A stretch of 64,000 bases of DNA from positions 64,001-128,000 of the IMG/VR virus record IMGVR_UViG_3300017565_000002; one strand, 5' to 3'. The translations under genes and the position numbers were made by a program. Positions 1 to 9,282 of this stretch are shown piece by piece. Under the pieces are notes generated by a model. The model worked only from the letters and a program-made list of their open reading frames with translations. It ran no database searches and was not told the DNA's origin. The DNA is from a virus (Duplodnaviria; Caudoviricetes). Each line of letters begins with the position of its first letter. The stretch's first letter is position 1.

Positions 1-2
1 TT

Positions 3-212
3 CTACTCCGAGAGCTTGGATTATTTAAAGCCGAGCAATACGTCGTGTTCTTGTTAGATAAACGAGATGGTAGACCTGCCAAGATAAAGATATGTGACGA
101 TAAAGATCAGATGCAGCTATATCGGAAGTGTTTTAAGACTTTGGTCGATTTCTATTACGATTGGTATATGATTAATCAACGCTACTGGGGTAAAGACCTC
201 CTTGTTAAATAG
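3..212 (+). CDS. 3' end of a gene entering the window, possibly a PD-(D/E)XK exonuclease C-terminus
   Basis: Frame 3 is open from base 3 to TAG at 210-212 (LLRELGLFKAEQYVVFLLDKRDG...FKTLVDFYYDWY...). The family guess is weak. Confidence 0.55.
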   Translation, partial: LLRELGLFKAEQYVVFLLDKRDGRPAKIKICDDKDQMQLYRKCFKTLVDFYYDWYMINQRYWGKDLLVK

Positions 213-248
213 ATTAAACAAGTGATAAATTACTAGGGAGGAATCGTT

Positions 249-692
249 GTGAGTGTTCTGGAGCGAATCGTACTTATTCAAGAAGGTATTTATCATGAAG
301 AACCATATCTGCAAGAAGCATTTTTCAAGACCAAAGAGGAACGAACCCATAAAAAGCAGATTTATGATGAAGTGATTAAAATGCGTAGGAAGCTACTGGC
401 AGAAATCGAAACGACGATTAAAACCAAAGACAATGTCCGGGCTATAGATAATTTGATAACTTCTTATGTTAATAAGTATAAGGACGATAAGATTGCATTG
501 GTCGTTATTAGAAAGGAACTGATCGGTTCACTTTTTGAAAAAGCGTGGGAAATTCAATGGCATCCTAGTAGTTACCATGGCGATGCATTACAGAAAAAGA
601 ATTATAAATTCGATCCAGACGTGATTGATCAGTTGCATGTCCTCTACAGGGACAAGAGGAAGCAGCTTAAAGATCTGATCAAAAAATTGTAA
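249..692 (+). CDS. hypothetical protein, putative internal head protein
   Basis: 147 aa with RBS GGAGG. The N-terminus MSVLERIVLIQEG matches a motif shared with three other ORFs. Confidence 0.75.
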   Translation: MSVLERIVLIQEGIYHEEPYLQEAFFKTKEERTHKKQIYDEVIKMRRKLLAEIETTIKTKDNVRAIDNLITSYVNKYKDDKIALVVIRKELIGSLFEKAWEIQWHPSSYHGDALQKKNYKFDPDVIDQLHVLYRDKRKQLKDLIKKL

Positions 693-703
693 TCAAAAAA
701 GAG

Positions 704-733
704 AGCATAGAGGCTAAGTCCTCTATGCTTTTT
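704..733 (+). terminator. intrinsic terminator
   Basis: AGCATAGAGG-ctaagt-CCTCTATGCT followed by a T run. Confidence 0.8.
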
Positions 734-757
734 ATATTTCCACCATAACGACCAATT

Positions 758-766
758 ATATATGAT
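758..766 (+). promoter_or_regulatory. early-type phage promoter motif ATATATGAT
   Basis: Variant of the recurrent intergenic ATATATNAT motif, upstream of 795. Confidence 0.5.
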
Positions 767-794
767 CATGGTGTAGATTATAATCTAATGGGAG

Positions 795-1508
795 ATGATG
801 AGTTTGAGGTTTCTCGGACGTTTTAGGAGATCAAAGAAAGACCATTTACATGAAATTGATGCTGAGGATCTTAGATTATCAATTATAATCATCGCCAGTC
901 TTCACAGCAGCACACTCAAGCGTATCAATTCATTTGGTTGTCATCTTCCTATTGTCGAAACTATCCTGGCATTTTTAGATACCAATCCCTATTTCAACGA
1001 TGATGATATCAAGAAATATATGATTAGGGTCCTCAATTATGAACGATATTTATTTTCAAGAGGTGTAATAAACATTCTTAACACTGACTACATAGAACGC
1101 CTGCATACACGACTTAAAGTATGGAAGAAAAATCAGGAGAAAGGGAAAGACACCGGTCCTTTTTATTTAAACCGCGACGTGGAGCAGCTAGAAATGTTCC
1201 TCCAATCAATGGATAACACTATGGAGTTTATTGTACATTACGACACTTTATTTACCACCGTCACTCAGAAAGCCATGGATGAAGTTACGAAATACTCCGA
1301 AGCCATGGAGAGGATGTTGGGCCAACATCCTGAAGAGGCAGAAATCATAAATTCTTGTAAAGTCATAGTTACTGTATCGGCATTATACTTAAACGAACCT
1401 TATGGTCAGATATTTAATGACATAGACTCTGAAATTCTCGTCAAGGCACGATTGGCTATAAGGAATACGATGAATGCTATTCAGGAGATTTTATTGCAGA
1501 AAGAGTAG
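795..1508 (+). CDS. hypothetical protein
   Basis: 237 aa ORF with RBS GGGAG, followed by a hairpin terminator at 1501-1529. Confidence 0.75.
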   Translation: MMSLRFLGRFRRSKKDHLHEIDAEDLRLSIIIIASLHSSTLKRINSFGCHLPIVETILAFLDTNPYFNDDDIKKYMIRVLNYERYLFSRGVINILNTDYIERLHTRLKVWKKNQEKGKDTGPFYLNRDVEQLEMFLQSMDNTMEFIVHYDTLFTTVTQKAMDEVTKYSEAMERMLGQHPEEAEIINSCKVIVTVSALYLNEPYGQIFNDIDSEILVKARLAIRNTMNAIQEILLQKE

Positions 1509-1554
1509 AAACCCTACTCTTTCTTTTTTGACGATGATGAAGGGGTGTATTGAT

Positions 1555-1980
1555 ATGGCTATAATGATTATAGAAGAAAAAGATCTATTTACAGTAGATG
1601 AATCTTACCATTTGGTGCACTGCATAAGTGCAGATTATGCATTAGGTAGGGGAATCGCCAAGGAGTTCGATAAACGATTCAATCTTAGGTTTAAGCTCCA
1701 AAGAGTCGGAAGTGGTATCTATCCCGACTGCATACTAATCGGTAGGGTATTTAATTTGGTTACCAAGAAAAGTTACGCCTCGAAACCTACATATAAAACT
1801 TTGGTTGAGGCATTAATTCAAATGAGGCAGTGGGTAGAAGAAAGATTTATATTGAAGCTTGCAATGCCTAAGATCGGTTGTGGGCTAGATAGATTAGAAT
1901 GGGGAAAAGTATTGAAAGCCATTGAGCTTGTATTTGATAGGGTAGATATTGAAATCAGGATATGCATATGGGGTGATTAG
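1555..1980 (+). CDS. macrodomain protein, OARD1/TARG1/Poa1p/DarG-like ADP-ribose hydrolase
   Basis: EEKDLF...LVHCISADYALGRGIAKEFDKRF, FNLVTKK, LAMPKIGCGLDRLEW are hallmark motifs. Start re-assigned to ATG 1555 (RBS AAGGGGTG). Confidence 0.9.
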   Translation: MAIMIIEEKDLFTVDESYHLVHCISADYALGRGIAKEFDKRFNLRFKLQRVGSGIYPDCILIGRVFNLVTKKSYASKPTYKTLVEALIQMRQWVEERFILKLAMPKIGCGLDRLEWGKVLKAIELVFDRVDIEIRICIWGD

Positions 1981-2296
1981 ATTGATAAAAATTGAAGAGT
2001 TGGATAGGCTGATAGAGGTCGGTGCAAGTATTAGGGATATACTCTTAATCGTAGCAGATACAATCTCTAACCAGCCATCAGAATTAGGAAGAGATCAGTT
2101 ATTGACTGAGCATGGCTTACTGAGTGTTATGTATTGCATCTCGGAGCTACCAACTACAACATGTGCAAGAATCCTATGTTATAATGAAAATACTGTCTCT
2201 ATGCTTCCTACGTCTATAAGCAATCTTTTACCAGTTGACCAGACGAGGAATATAGCTAGTATTCTCCAGCAGTGTAGGCAGATTAAAACTGAATAG
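1949..2296 (+). CDS. hypothetical protein
   Basis: 115 aa ORF; the true start may be the in-frame TTG at 1982. Confidence 0.6.
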   Translation: MKSGYAYGVIRLIKIEELDRLIEVGASIRDILLIVADTISNQPSELGRDQLLTEHGLLSVMYCISELPTTTCARILCYNENTVSMLPTSISNLLPVDQTRNIASILQQCRQIKTE

Positions 2297-2301
2297 ATAA
2301 T

Positions 2302-2310
2302 TTATATTAT
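2302..2310 (+). promoter_or_regulatory. early-type promoter motif TTATATTAT
   Basis: Intergenic, upstream of the sbcD-dnaB unit. Confidence 0.5.
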
Positions 2311-2377
2311 CTCGAAGATAAAATTTTTCGTTTCGGTTAACTACCCATTAAAGGGTTGTTTTGAAAGGGTGATACCT

Positions 2378-3568
2378 ATGTATCGTGATAGACTGAGGAT
2401 ATCGGCACATATAGCCGATATCCATATTGGTGTTCATACTATTACCGCGGAAGAGATTAAATATCAGTTATACGAGAGATTTATTAAACCACTAAGTGAA
2501 CTAGCTATACTAGACCTTATCACTGTCAACGGGGATGTGTCCCATTTATCATTGTCGTTTAACTCAAAACTTGCTGAAGTTTATATCTGGTTCTTCGATA
2601 GTATCGTGTCTATCGCAAAGAAGAAGAACGCCGCAATTATCGTCGTTCAGGGTACATTATCCCATGAATACGATCAGCTTGACAATGTCAAAGTGTATCA
2701 GTCAAGTGTTGAAATGTACTTCGCATCAGAACCTATGGTTGTAGAAACCAAGGGGATGCGAATCTATTGTCTTCCAGATATTCATATCAAAAATAAGGAA
2801 GACGAATCTAAACTTTATAGCTTTCCCGATGGTCACTTTGATATGGTATTGGGCCATGGGAGTATAACGGAAACACAGTTTATTAAACAAGAATCCGAAC
2901 ACGCGATATCAAAGAATATTGTCTACGAGAGTAAGCAACTCGTAAGAATCTGTAAAGGACCAATTCTGTTCGGGCATATACATAGTCCGATGAAGTTTCT
3001 GGGGCGGATCTTCTACATCAATTCCTTTACGCGGTATATCCACGGGGAAGAAGCCGACAAAGGATGGATGTTAACTGCTTATATCCCCGAGACTGCACAG
3101 TTTATTGCAGAGCGGGTGATCAACGACCTCGCATTTAACTTCAATATCTTCACAGTTAGCCACCAGTTGTTTGATAAATTGGATGCAGATGAACTTGTTA
3201 AGAAGATTGACAAATTCGTCAAAGAATATAAAGTAGATCGACTTTGTCTGGAGCTTAACTACATGGCAACAGACGCAAATATCGCCAAGATTCAAATCTT
3301 AAGGAATTACTATAGTAGAGATAAGCATGTCAACAAGCTGAAGATTAAAGCGTTAAGTAAGAAAGAAGCCCAATTGATTGAGCAAAATGAACGTCAAATC
3401 GAAGAGAATAAGAAAAGTTACTTGACAGATAAATCGCTTACTTTTGAAGAAAAGCTTCAACGATTTATTGAGGAGGAATACAACGTAAAGGTTCCAATAT
3501 CGAAATTACACACCGTATTTACCAGTGACGATCTACTCATACGCGAAGGAGTGTCAAGCGTACGATGA
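2378..3568 (+). CDS. sbcD: SbcD/Mre11 (gp47-like) metallophosphoesterase nuclease
   Basis: HIADIHIG, VNGD, GTLSHE, GHG and GHIH motifs. ATG 2378 follows AAAGGGTGA. Confidence 0.85.
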   Translation: MYRDRLRISAHIADIHIGVHTITAEEIKYQLYERFIKPLSELAILDLITVNGDVSHLSLSFNSKLAEVYIWFFDSIVSIAKKKNAAIIVVQGTLSHEYDQLDNVKVYQSSVEMYFASEPMVVETKGMRIYCLPDIHIKNKEDESKLYSFPDGHFDMVLGHGSITETQFIKQESEHAISKNIVYESKQLVRICKGPILFGHIHSPMKFLGRIFYINSFTRYIHGEEADKGWMLTAYIPETAQFIAERVINDLAFNFNIFTVSHQLFDKLDADELVKKIDKFVKEYKVDRLCLELNYMATDANIAKIQILRNYYSRDKHVNKLKIKALSKKEAQLIEQNERQIEENKKSYLTDKSLTFEEKLQRFIEEEYNVKVPISKLHTVFTSDDLLIREGVSSVR

Positions 3569-5451
3569 TACAAGGCGTATTAGACGAACCCAAATCGAAC
3601 TACGATACTTCGGTGATGAATGGTACCGCAGGGAAAATCCAAGGCAACTCGGGTATTCGATTTAAGAATATCCCACTAAAGTTTGATATTGAGACACTAG
3701 ATCTCCTATTGGCATTCGCGTTTGACGATACCAATGTCCAAATCACCAGAGCGGCTCTGATCAACCTCAGAACGTTGGTGAATATGTGTAATACAAATCT
3801 ATACCGGACAAATCAAGGGTTGAAGACAAGATTAGAATTCCTTAAACTCATCCTTGAGGCTAGACTTGACACAGGTTTAGCAAATCGTAAGATTATCTTG
3901 AATTACGCAATGGAACGTATTGATCAGAAAGAGTTAGTTCGAGAAGAGATCCTACCGGAGATCAATCGGACAAAACTTAACGGACAAGCTGTACAGCATC
4001 TGAATTTGTTTATTGCCGATCGGTTAATGAACGGATATATCTTAGCGTATCAAGGAGAAATCTTCAAGGCGTATGATGACTTGGAGTCCGGGAACTATTC
4101 TACCTTACGAGACTTTGTACAGCGATTTAAGCACATTATCACAGATCTTATTTATGACATTCGGAATAGTGAGAATTTCCAAGAAAATCTGATGACGATT
4201 GACTTATCATCTGGATTTGAAAATGTCATCAAGCAACTGGTTCAAAAACTGAAAGACCCTAAGAATAAACTAAAGACAGGTTCCCAAGCGGTTAATATGT
4301 TACTTAATGGTGGGTTCGAAGGCGGACGTTCCTACCTTTTCTATGGCTTACCCGGCATTGGTAAGTCAATTCTCTTATTGAATATTTGTATTTGGATTAT
4401 GAATCATAATGAAATCATACCTAATGATCCATCCAAACGTCCGGCTGTATTATATATCACGCAAGAGAACTCTCTGGCGGAAACAATCGAACGGATATTT
4501 AATATGCTGGTCACTGGGGATGACATTCGTAATTATACACCTGAGGAAGTCGCTAACCTGTTAAGAACTAAGGGTGGATTGAGTCTAAAGACGAAATACG
4601 ATATCGATCTTATCGTCCAATACTATGATGACAAAGAGATTTCCACATTGGATTTCTACTCTATCATTGATGATATTGAAGATACCGGAAGAGAAGTTAT
4701 TGCGCTGGTACATGACTATATTGAACGTATTTGGTCATCTATGCGGCTACCGGAACTTCGTCTTGAATTGGCTGCAATCACGAATGATTATTCGACCTTG
4801 GCGAAGCGGAAATCTATACCTGTCATTGGTGCAGGACAGATTAATCGAAAAGGTTCAGATGCTATCGATATGCAGATGGAATCCAACCGTAAAGACTTGG
4901 TTCGATTTATGGGCAAAGGGACTTTGTCTGAATCATGGGCGGCACTGAAGAACCTCGATGGTGCATTTACTATCCACCGAGAAGAGGATGAAGACGGAAA
5001 CGAGTTCATCACCATCAATAAGATTAAATTCCGGGGCAAGAAAGCAAAGAAGAAAAAGAATATGTTTGATTCCTATGTAGCTCACCCATTAGACCCCGAC
5101 AATGGGGCGAAACTCATGGATGATCTTCATTTGGACAAGCCACTATCAAGAGTTACATTATACGAGAACGAAGAAGCCGATATCAAGAAGAAGACTCGAT
5201 CATTGCGAGATCGTAAACCACTTAAGCCGAAGGAAGAATCTATCGAAGAGGTGGAAGAAGATCAGCAGATGAACTTCAAAGTCGTTGAAGAGGCTATTCG
5301 AATGCGTCAACGGATAGAAGAAAAGAATAATCGTATTCCAGATCAGCGGGCAGAGAAGAAGTTCGAAGAAGTATTCTCTTCATATAATCAGACTGGTCTA
5401 TACGTAAGGAATCCGAACGGGTATATTAGATTGACGAGAAAGGTAAGATAA
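3565..5451 (+). CDS. dnaB: DnaB-like replicative helicase
   Basis: Walker A GLPGIGKS, YITQEN, VHDYIE, IGAGQINR. Confidence 0.9.
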   Translation: MIQGVLDEPKSNYDTSVMNGTAGKIQGNSGIRFKNIPLKFDIETLDLLLAFAFDDTNVQITRAALINLRTLVNMCNTNLYRTNQGLKTRLEFLKLILEARLDTGLANRKIILNYAMERIDQKELVREEILPEINRTKLNGQAVQHLNLFIADRLMNGYILAYQGEIFKAYDDLESGNYSTLRDFVQRFKHIITDLIYDIRNSENFQENLMTIDLSSGFENVIKQLVQKLKDPKNKLKTGSQAVNMLLNGGFEGGRSYLFYGLPGIGKSILLLNICIWIMNHNEIIPNDPSKRPAVLYITQENSLAETIERIFNMLVTGDDIRNYTPEEVANLLRTKGGLSLKTKYDIDLIVQYYDDKEISTLDFYSIIDDIEDTGREVIALVHDYIERIWSSMRLPELRLELAAITNDYSTLAKRKSIPVIGAGQINRKGSDAIDMQMESNRKDLVRFMGKGTLSESWAALKNLDGAFTIHREEDEDGNEFITINKIKFRGKKAKKKKNMFDSYVAHPLDPDNGAKLMDDLHLDKPLSRVTLYENEEADIKKKTRSLRDRKPLKPKEESIEEVEEDQQMNFKVVEEAIRMRQRIEEKNNRIPDQRAEKKFEEVFSSYNQTGLYVRNPNGYIRLTRKVR

Positions 5452-5468
5452 GGGGGGAAATATATATC

Positions 5469-5936
5469 ATCCACGATCTTGTTGAGCAATACAAGCTCAC
5501 GCGTTTAGGGTTAATGGCTATGCTAAAGACCGCAAACGAAGATCGAAAAATAATAACAACCATGATCTCTTCCTGTGAGTTCGCCATTCATGTGATGGAG
5601 ACTGGCTATTGGCCAGCTCCAAGGCGAACCATTGATCGGAGAGAAAAAGCAGCTAGAGAATTTTCGATTGCGGAAATTGATCATATACGAAAATATGATC
5701 ACCATAAACCAGTAGTGCCAGAAAATAAGTTGACACCAGAGCAATTGGCAAAGATAGACCAGACATTGTCTATATTATCAAAGCGAGAGAGGGAGACCTT
5801 CGTCTTGATTTACGGTCAAAACTTCACGATGTCGCAAGCAGCCGAATTGCTCAACGTTTCAAAATCTACGATAAATACTAATATCATCCGATCAAAGAAA
5901 AAAATTAAACAGCAAGGAATGACTATCCATAATTAG
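5469..5936 (+). CDS. Xpf/PCF-like phage sigma-like factor (sigma70 region 4 HTH)
   Basis: IHDLVEQYKLT...RKIITTMI...METGYWPAPRRTIDRR...LSKRERETFVL...AAELLNVSKSTINTNIIRSKKKI resembles PBSX Xpf as recalled. Similarity extends upstream of the track ATG (5514) to ATC 5469. Confidence 0.75.
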   Translation: MHDLVEQYKLTRLGLMAMLKTANEDRKIITTMISSCEFAIHVMETGYWPAPRRTIDRREKAAREFSIAEIDHIRKYDHHKPVVPENKLTPEQLAKIDQTLSILSKRERETFVLIYGQNFTMSQAAELLNVSKSTINTNIIRSKKKIKQQGMTIHN

Positions 5937-6313
5937 GATAGCCGTCCTTGCTGTCTTTCTTTATTAATGATATCTTCCACAATCGATCGATCCGACCGGT
6001 TGAGAAGATAGATTTGCTCAGGTACGAAAGTTTCGACGATCATATCGTTGAGCATGAGAATCAGATAGAAGAGGTTTTCACTTCCGTAGACTTCCCTTGC
6101 TAAGAGTCTGGGTTTAAACTTATAACGACTCACGTCTCCGGGATTTAATGAAACTAGAATTGCATTTGACTTTAGTGTGTCAATGTAAGGCTCAATAGAA
6201 ATACGTTGTAAAACTTCAAAGCCATCGATAACTTCAAGTTTAGAAACTTTCCTGAGGTTGAAGAAGTCGATAGATACTTCGTTAATATACTGGGATAATG
6301 TCTTAGACGCCAT
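5933..6313 (-). CDS. baseplate wedge protein, T4 gp53-like
   Basis: YKFKPRLLAREVYGSENLFYLILMLN fits the gp53/LysM-like pattern. Confidence 0.65.
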   Translation of the reverse strand: MASKTLSQYINEVSIDFFNLRKVSKLEVIDGFEVLQRISIEPYIDTLKSNAILVSLNPGDVSRYKFKPRLLAREVYGSENLFYLILMLNDMIVETFVPEQIYLLNRSDRSIVEDIINKERQQGRLS

Positions 6314-6328
6314 GGATAATCCCTCCTA

Positions 6329-6727
6329 TTAGGAAAATGGTACAATAATGGCTTCTTTGAAATCAAGATCGGGAATATAGATCTTTACCTTACTGCCGGT
6401 CGGGAATGTATCATATCGATAATTGATATTACTCTCATAGGCGTAGGAGATCTCCCGGTGATGCCGCTTAAATAAGTCCGAAACTTTTATGGATACGTAG
6501 TTGAGATCCGTAAAGAGTTGAGATACCACAATATTCTCTTTAGATACAAACATCGTTTTATGGATTGGAATTGAAAGAGGTTTGGATGTCGCCGTCTTAT
6601 CCGTCATGATTGCCGGGATAAACACATCCATACTGGGTGAATTGGCTGAAAAACTACTTATGGTATAACCAATCATATATTCTTTAAGACCAGGCGTTCT
6701 GATTTTTGGAATCATTAAATATAACAC
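6329..6727 (-). CDS. hypothetical protein, possibly structural
   Basis: 132 aa, co-oriented with the gp53-like gene, RBS GAGAGGTG. Confidence 0.65.
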   Translation of the reverse strand: MLYLMIPKIRTPGLKEYMIGYTISSFSANSPSMDVFIPAIMTDKTATSKPLSIPIHKTMFVSKENIVVSQLFTDLNYVSIKVSDLFKRHHREISYAYESNINYRYDTFPTGSKVKIYIPDLDFKEAIIVPFS

Positions 6728-6749
6728 CTCTCGAAAGGGTAGATTTATA

Positions 6750-7247
6750 ATGAAGAAAAAGGGATTCGTTCACATTAAAGAATATGACCTTACCAAAATG
6801 ATTTTGGATAGACTTGATATCGATATTGAAGATGATTATGTGATGATCAATGGTATCGAACCCCTGCAATATAAAGACAAACCACTTATCTTGCCAGACT
6901 ATAAAGATTACATGGCTTATATGAATAGAGGTGTGGTTTTTAGACCATTTTCCAACCTTTCACATGCACAATACCTTATCAATATGTTTTCTGACATAAA
7001 TTCCTGCACAGTCATTTTTGAATATATGAATAGTGAGCGAGTGAAAAAAGATGAAGACGTTAAGCTGTATGATGGTGTCTTGGTAATCAGTGATGATGAG
7101 AAGAAAATGCGTCGACGTATGACATTCAGGGGTGTAAGAAACATCTCGGTCTTGATGACTGCAACCGTGATGAAGTCTATCATGGATTACGATGCATTCC
7201 ATGCGCTGATTTATGATATCTTAAAGATTGACAAAAAAATCGTTTGA
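6750..7247 (+). CDS. hypothetical protein
   Basis: 165 aa ORF with RBS AAGGG. Confidence 0.7.
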   Translation: MKKKGFVHIKEYDLTKMILDRLDIDIEDDYVMINGIEPLQYKDKPLILPDYKDYMAYMNRGVVFRPFSNLSHAQYLINMFSDINSCTVIFEYMNSERVKKDEDVKLYDGVLVISDDEKKMRRRMTFRGVRNISVLMTATVMKSIMDYDAFHALIYDILKIDKKIV

Positions 7248-7256
7248 GGTTAAATT

Positions 7257-8453
7257 ATGGAATGGACTAGTGGACAAAAAGAATGTATACATCTTGCTAA
7301 TCGATGGCTTAAGAAACAGGATAAGCAAGTTTTCCAGTATTCGGGCCCAGCTGGAACCGGGAAGACAACTATCATGCCTGAGATCTTATCGAAGAGTAAG
7401 TTGGATGTAGATACAGAGGTGTTATGCATGGCCTTTACGGGGCGTGCGGCATCTAACCTTAGCTTAAAAGGTCTTCCTGCATCCTCTATGCATTCTGCAC
7501 TTATGGATTGTGTCACTGTTCCTAAGAAAGATGAGAACGGTAGAGAGATTTATGCCAACGGAAGAAAGGTAACAACATGGCAATTTGTCAAAAAGGAATT
7601 TCTCCCTCGATCGATAAAACTATTGGTTATCGATGAGGGTTTATTCGTTGGAACTGAAATGGGTCAAATAGCTGAGTCGTTCGGTCTCCCCATATGTGTG
7701 ATGGGGGACACCGAACAGCTTGGCCCCTTGTATGGGAAACCCTATTTTTTAAACTATGATAATATCGATTATACCTTGGATGAGATTACCCGACAGGCAA
7801 AGGGTTCGGGTATTATTGAACTGGCGACACGAATCAGGCTGGGTCAAGAACTCCCAAGGCGGAAATACAGATTTAAGGATGATGCATTTATCATCCCGAA
7901 GAAAGAGATTACAGATACCGTGTTACTAAACTCGGATATTATCTTGTGTGGGAAGAACCGCACAAGGAATTATTTCAATAAGCGAATCAGGGAAGATATC
8001 TTAGGTATCGACTCCAAATTGCCCGTCAAAGGAGATAAACTCATTTGTCGTCATAACTACTGGGGATATAACCTTGGTGGCATATCCCTGACGAATGGGA
8101 TAATTGGGCATGTTATTAATACACCGGCTAGAAGTAGCATTGATCTAAAATCCAACACAATAAAGATCGATTTTCGTCCAGACTATATCGACTATGACTA
8201 TTATGAAAATCTTCCAGTCGATATCGGCTTCTTCCAAGCAGATTGTGGTCCTGATAAGAAATATGATCCATTCAGTAAAGGGATGAAATTTGAGCTAGGT
8301 CACGCGATTACTGTACACGTTTCTCAAGGTTCTCAGTTTGATACCGCCACCTATTGGGATGAGCCGAACCCTATGATGAGTTCAGATTTGTTGAGACGTA
8401 TACGGTATACAGCCGCGACTCGGGCTAGTCAGTTACTAGTATATGCGGTATAA
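7257..8453 (+). CDS. dda: Dda/RecD-like SF1B helicase
   Basis: GPAGTGKT, VIDE, GDTEQL, EITRQ, HAITVHVSQGSQF, YTAATRA. Confidence 0.9.
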   Translation: MEWTSGQKECIHLANRWLKKQDKQVFQYSGPAGTGKTTIMPEILSKSKLDVDTEVLCMAFTGRAASNLSLKGLPASSMHSALMDCVTVPKKDENGREIYANGRKVTTWQFVKKEFLPRSIKLLVIDEGLFVGTEMGQIAESFGLPICVMGDTEQLGPLYGKPYFLNYDNIDYTLDEITRQAKGSGIIELATRIRLGQELPRRKYRFKDDAFIIPKKEITDTVLLNSDIILCGKNRTRNYFNKRIREDILGIDSKLPVKGDKLICRHNYWGYNLGGISLTNGIIGHVINTPARSSIDLKSNTIKIDFRPDYIDYDYYENLPVDIGFFQADCGPDKKYDPFSKGMKFELGHAITVHVSQGSQFDTATYWDEPNPMMSSDLLRRIRYTAATRASQLLVYAV

Positions 8454-8472
8454 TATTTTTTTAAACTAGTCT

Positions 8473-8484
8473 AACAGATGAATA
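8473..8484 (+). promoter_or_regulatory. late-type promoter AACA-N6-TA (+1 at 8484)
   Basis: AACA-gatgaa-TA immediately before a structured GC-rich block. Confidence 0.55.
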
Positions 8485-8640
8485 TCCGATTGGGCCGCGC
8501 GGATTGCGGGGCTAGTTTCGGATACAGCTTAGGGTATTATACCTCGGTCGTTGAGAAGATTGGCCGATCGAGGTATTTACCCGACCCCAAACCCCAATAT
8601 CTCCCCATACGCCCGCTCTCAGCGTATGGGGAAACTACTT
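8484..8640 (+). ncRNA. candidate structured small RNA (~155 nt), family unknown
   Basis: Stems ATCCGA/TCGGAT, CCGCG/TGCGG, GGGTA/TACCC, ATACCTC/GAGGTAT and GGTCG/TGGCC. G-U pairs favour the + strand. Ends in the hairpin TCCCCATACGC/GCGTATGGGGA (8602-8632). Confidence 0.6.
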
Positions 8641-8665
8641 TTAAATTAATTCTAATTATACATCA

Positions 8666-8726
8666 AACAAATTTATGATTAATACCCATCCTAGAAGCGT
8701 CACTTTATTTTTCAGACATATATTAT
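8666..8726 (+). promoter_or_regulatory. tandem late (AACA-aattta-TG, 8666-8677) and early (ATATATTAT, 8718-8726) promoter motifs
   Basis: Both motifs lie upstream of 8815; leader hairpin GACTTAG/CTAAGTT. Confidence 0.5.
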
Positions 8727-8814
8727 TGACGTGTACTAGGTAGTATATTTAAGTACCGCCTAACGACTTAGCCAGGTCTAAGTTGGACAACCCATTTTAA
8801 GGAGGAAGCAATAC

Positions 8815-9282
8815 ATGTCTAACAAACTTAAGCATCAACTGAAGCAATTGAGAAAGCAGCAAGAGAAGTATCAAGAAGCTGTGGCGTTACAACAAGCCAC
8901 ATGCCCGCATATCAGCAAGAAGGGGAACAGCTGGCTTGTGCCTTTTACCGACGTCGATAAAGTCGAAAAGGGCAGATGCAAAAAATGCGGTGCCGTTATC
9001 TATATCGATCAACACCTGCTTGGTGGAGACAGTCTTAAAATGTCTACGAACGTGGTCAAATCAGTCTTGGCAGAAATTCGCGCGGCAAACCGCGAGGGTA
9101 AAATCGAATTGAATGATTCTGAAATGGATCTTATCACTCGATTCGACGCCCAAATTTTGAGCGAACTTCCAAAGACGATTGAAAGCTTGACGCAGGCATC
9201 TAAGAAGAAAAAGAAAGATAAAGGCAAGAAGAAAGATAAAAAGAAAAAGGCATACAGAGAGTACACACGGAAAAAGTGGTAG
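8815..9282 (+). CDS. hypothetical Zn-ribbon protein with Lys-rich tail
   Basis: CPH...CKKC ligands, C-terminal KKKKKDKGKKKDKKKK, strong RBS AAGGAGG. Confidence 0.75.
   Translation: MSNKLKHQLKQLRKQQEKYQEAVALQQATCPHISKKGNSWLVPFTDVDKVEKGRCKKCGAVIYIDQHLLGGDSLKMSTNVVKSVLAEIRAANREGKIELNDSEMDLITRFDAQILSELPKTIESLTQASKKKKKDKGKKKDKKKKAYREYTRKKW

Noticed and set aside
8478-8678. 66-aa ORF over the small RNA candidate
   Set aside because: No RBS; the ATG lies upstream of the predicted +1; it crosses the terminal hairpin.
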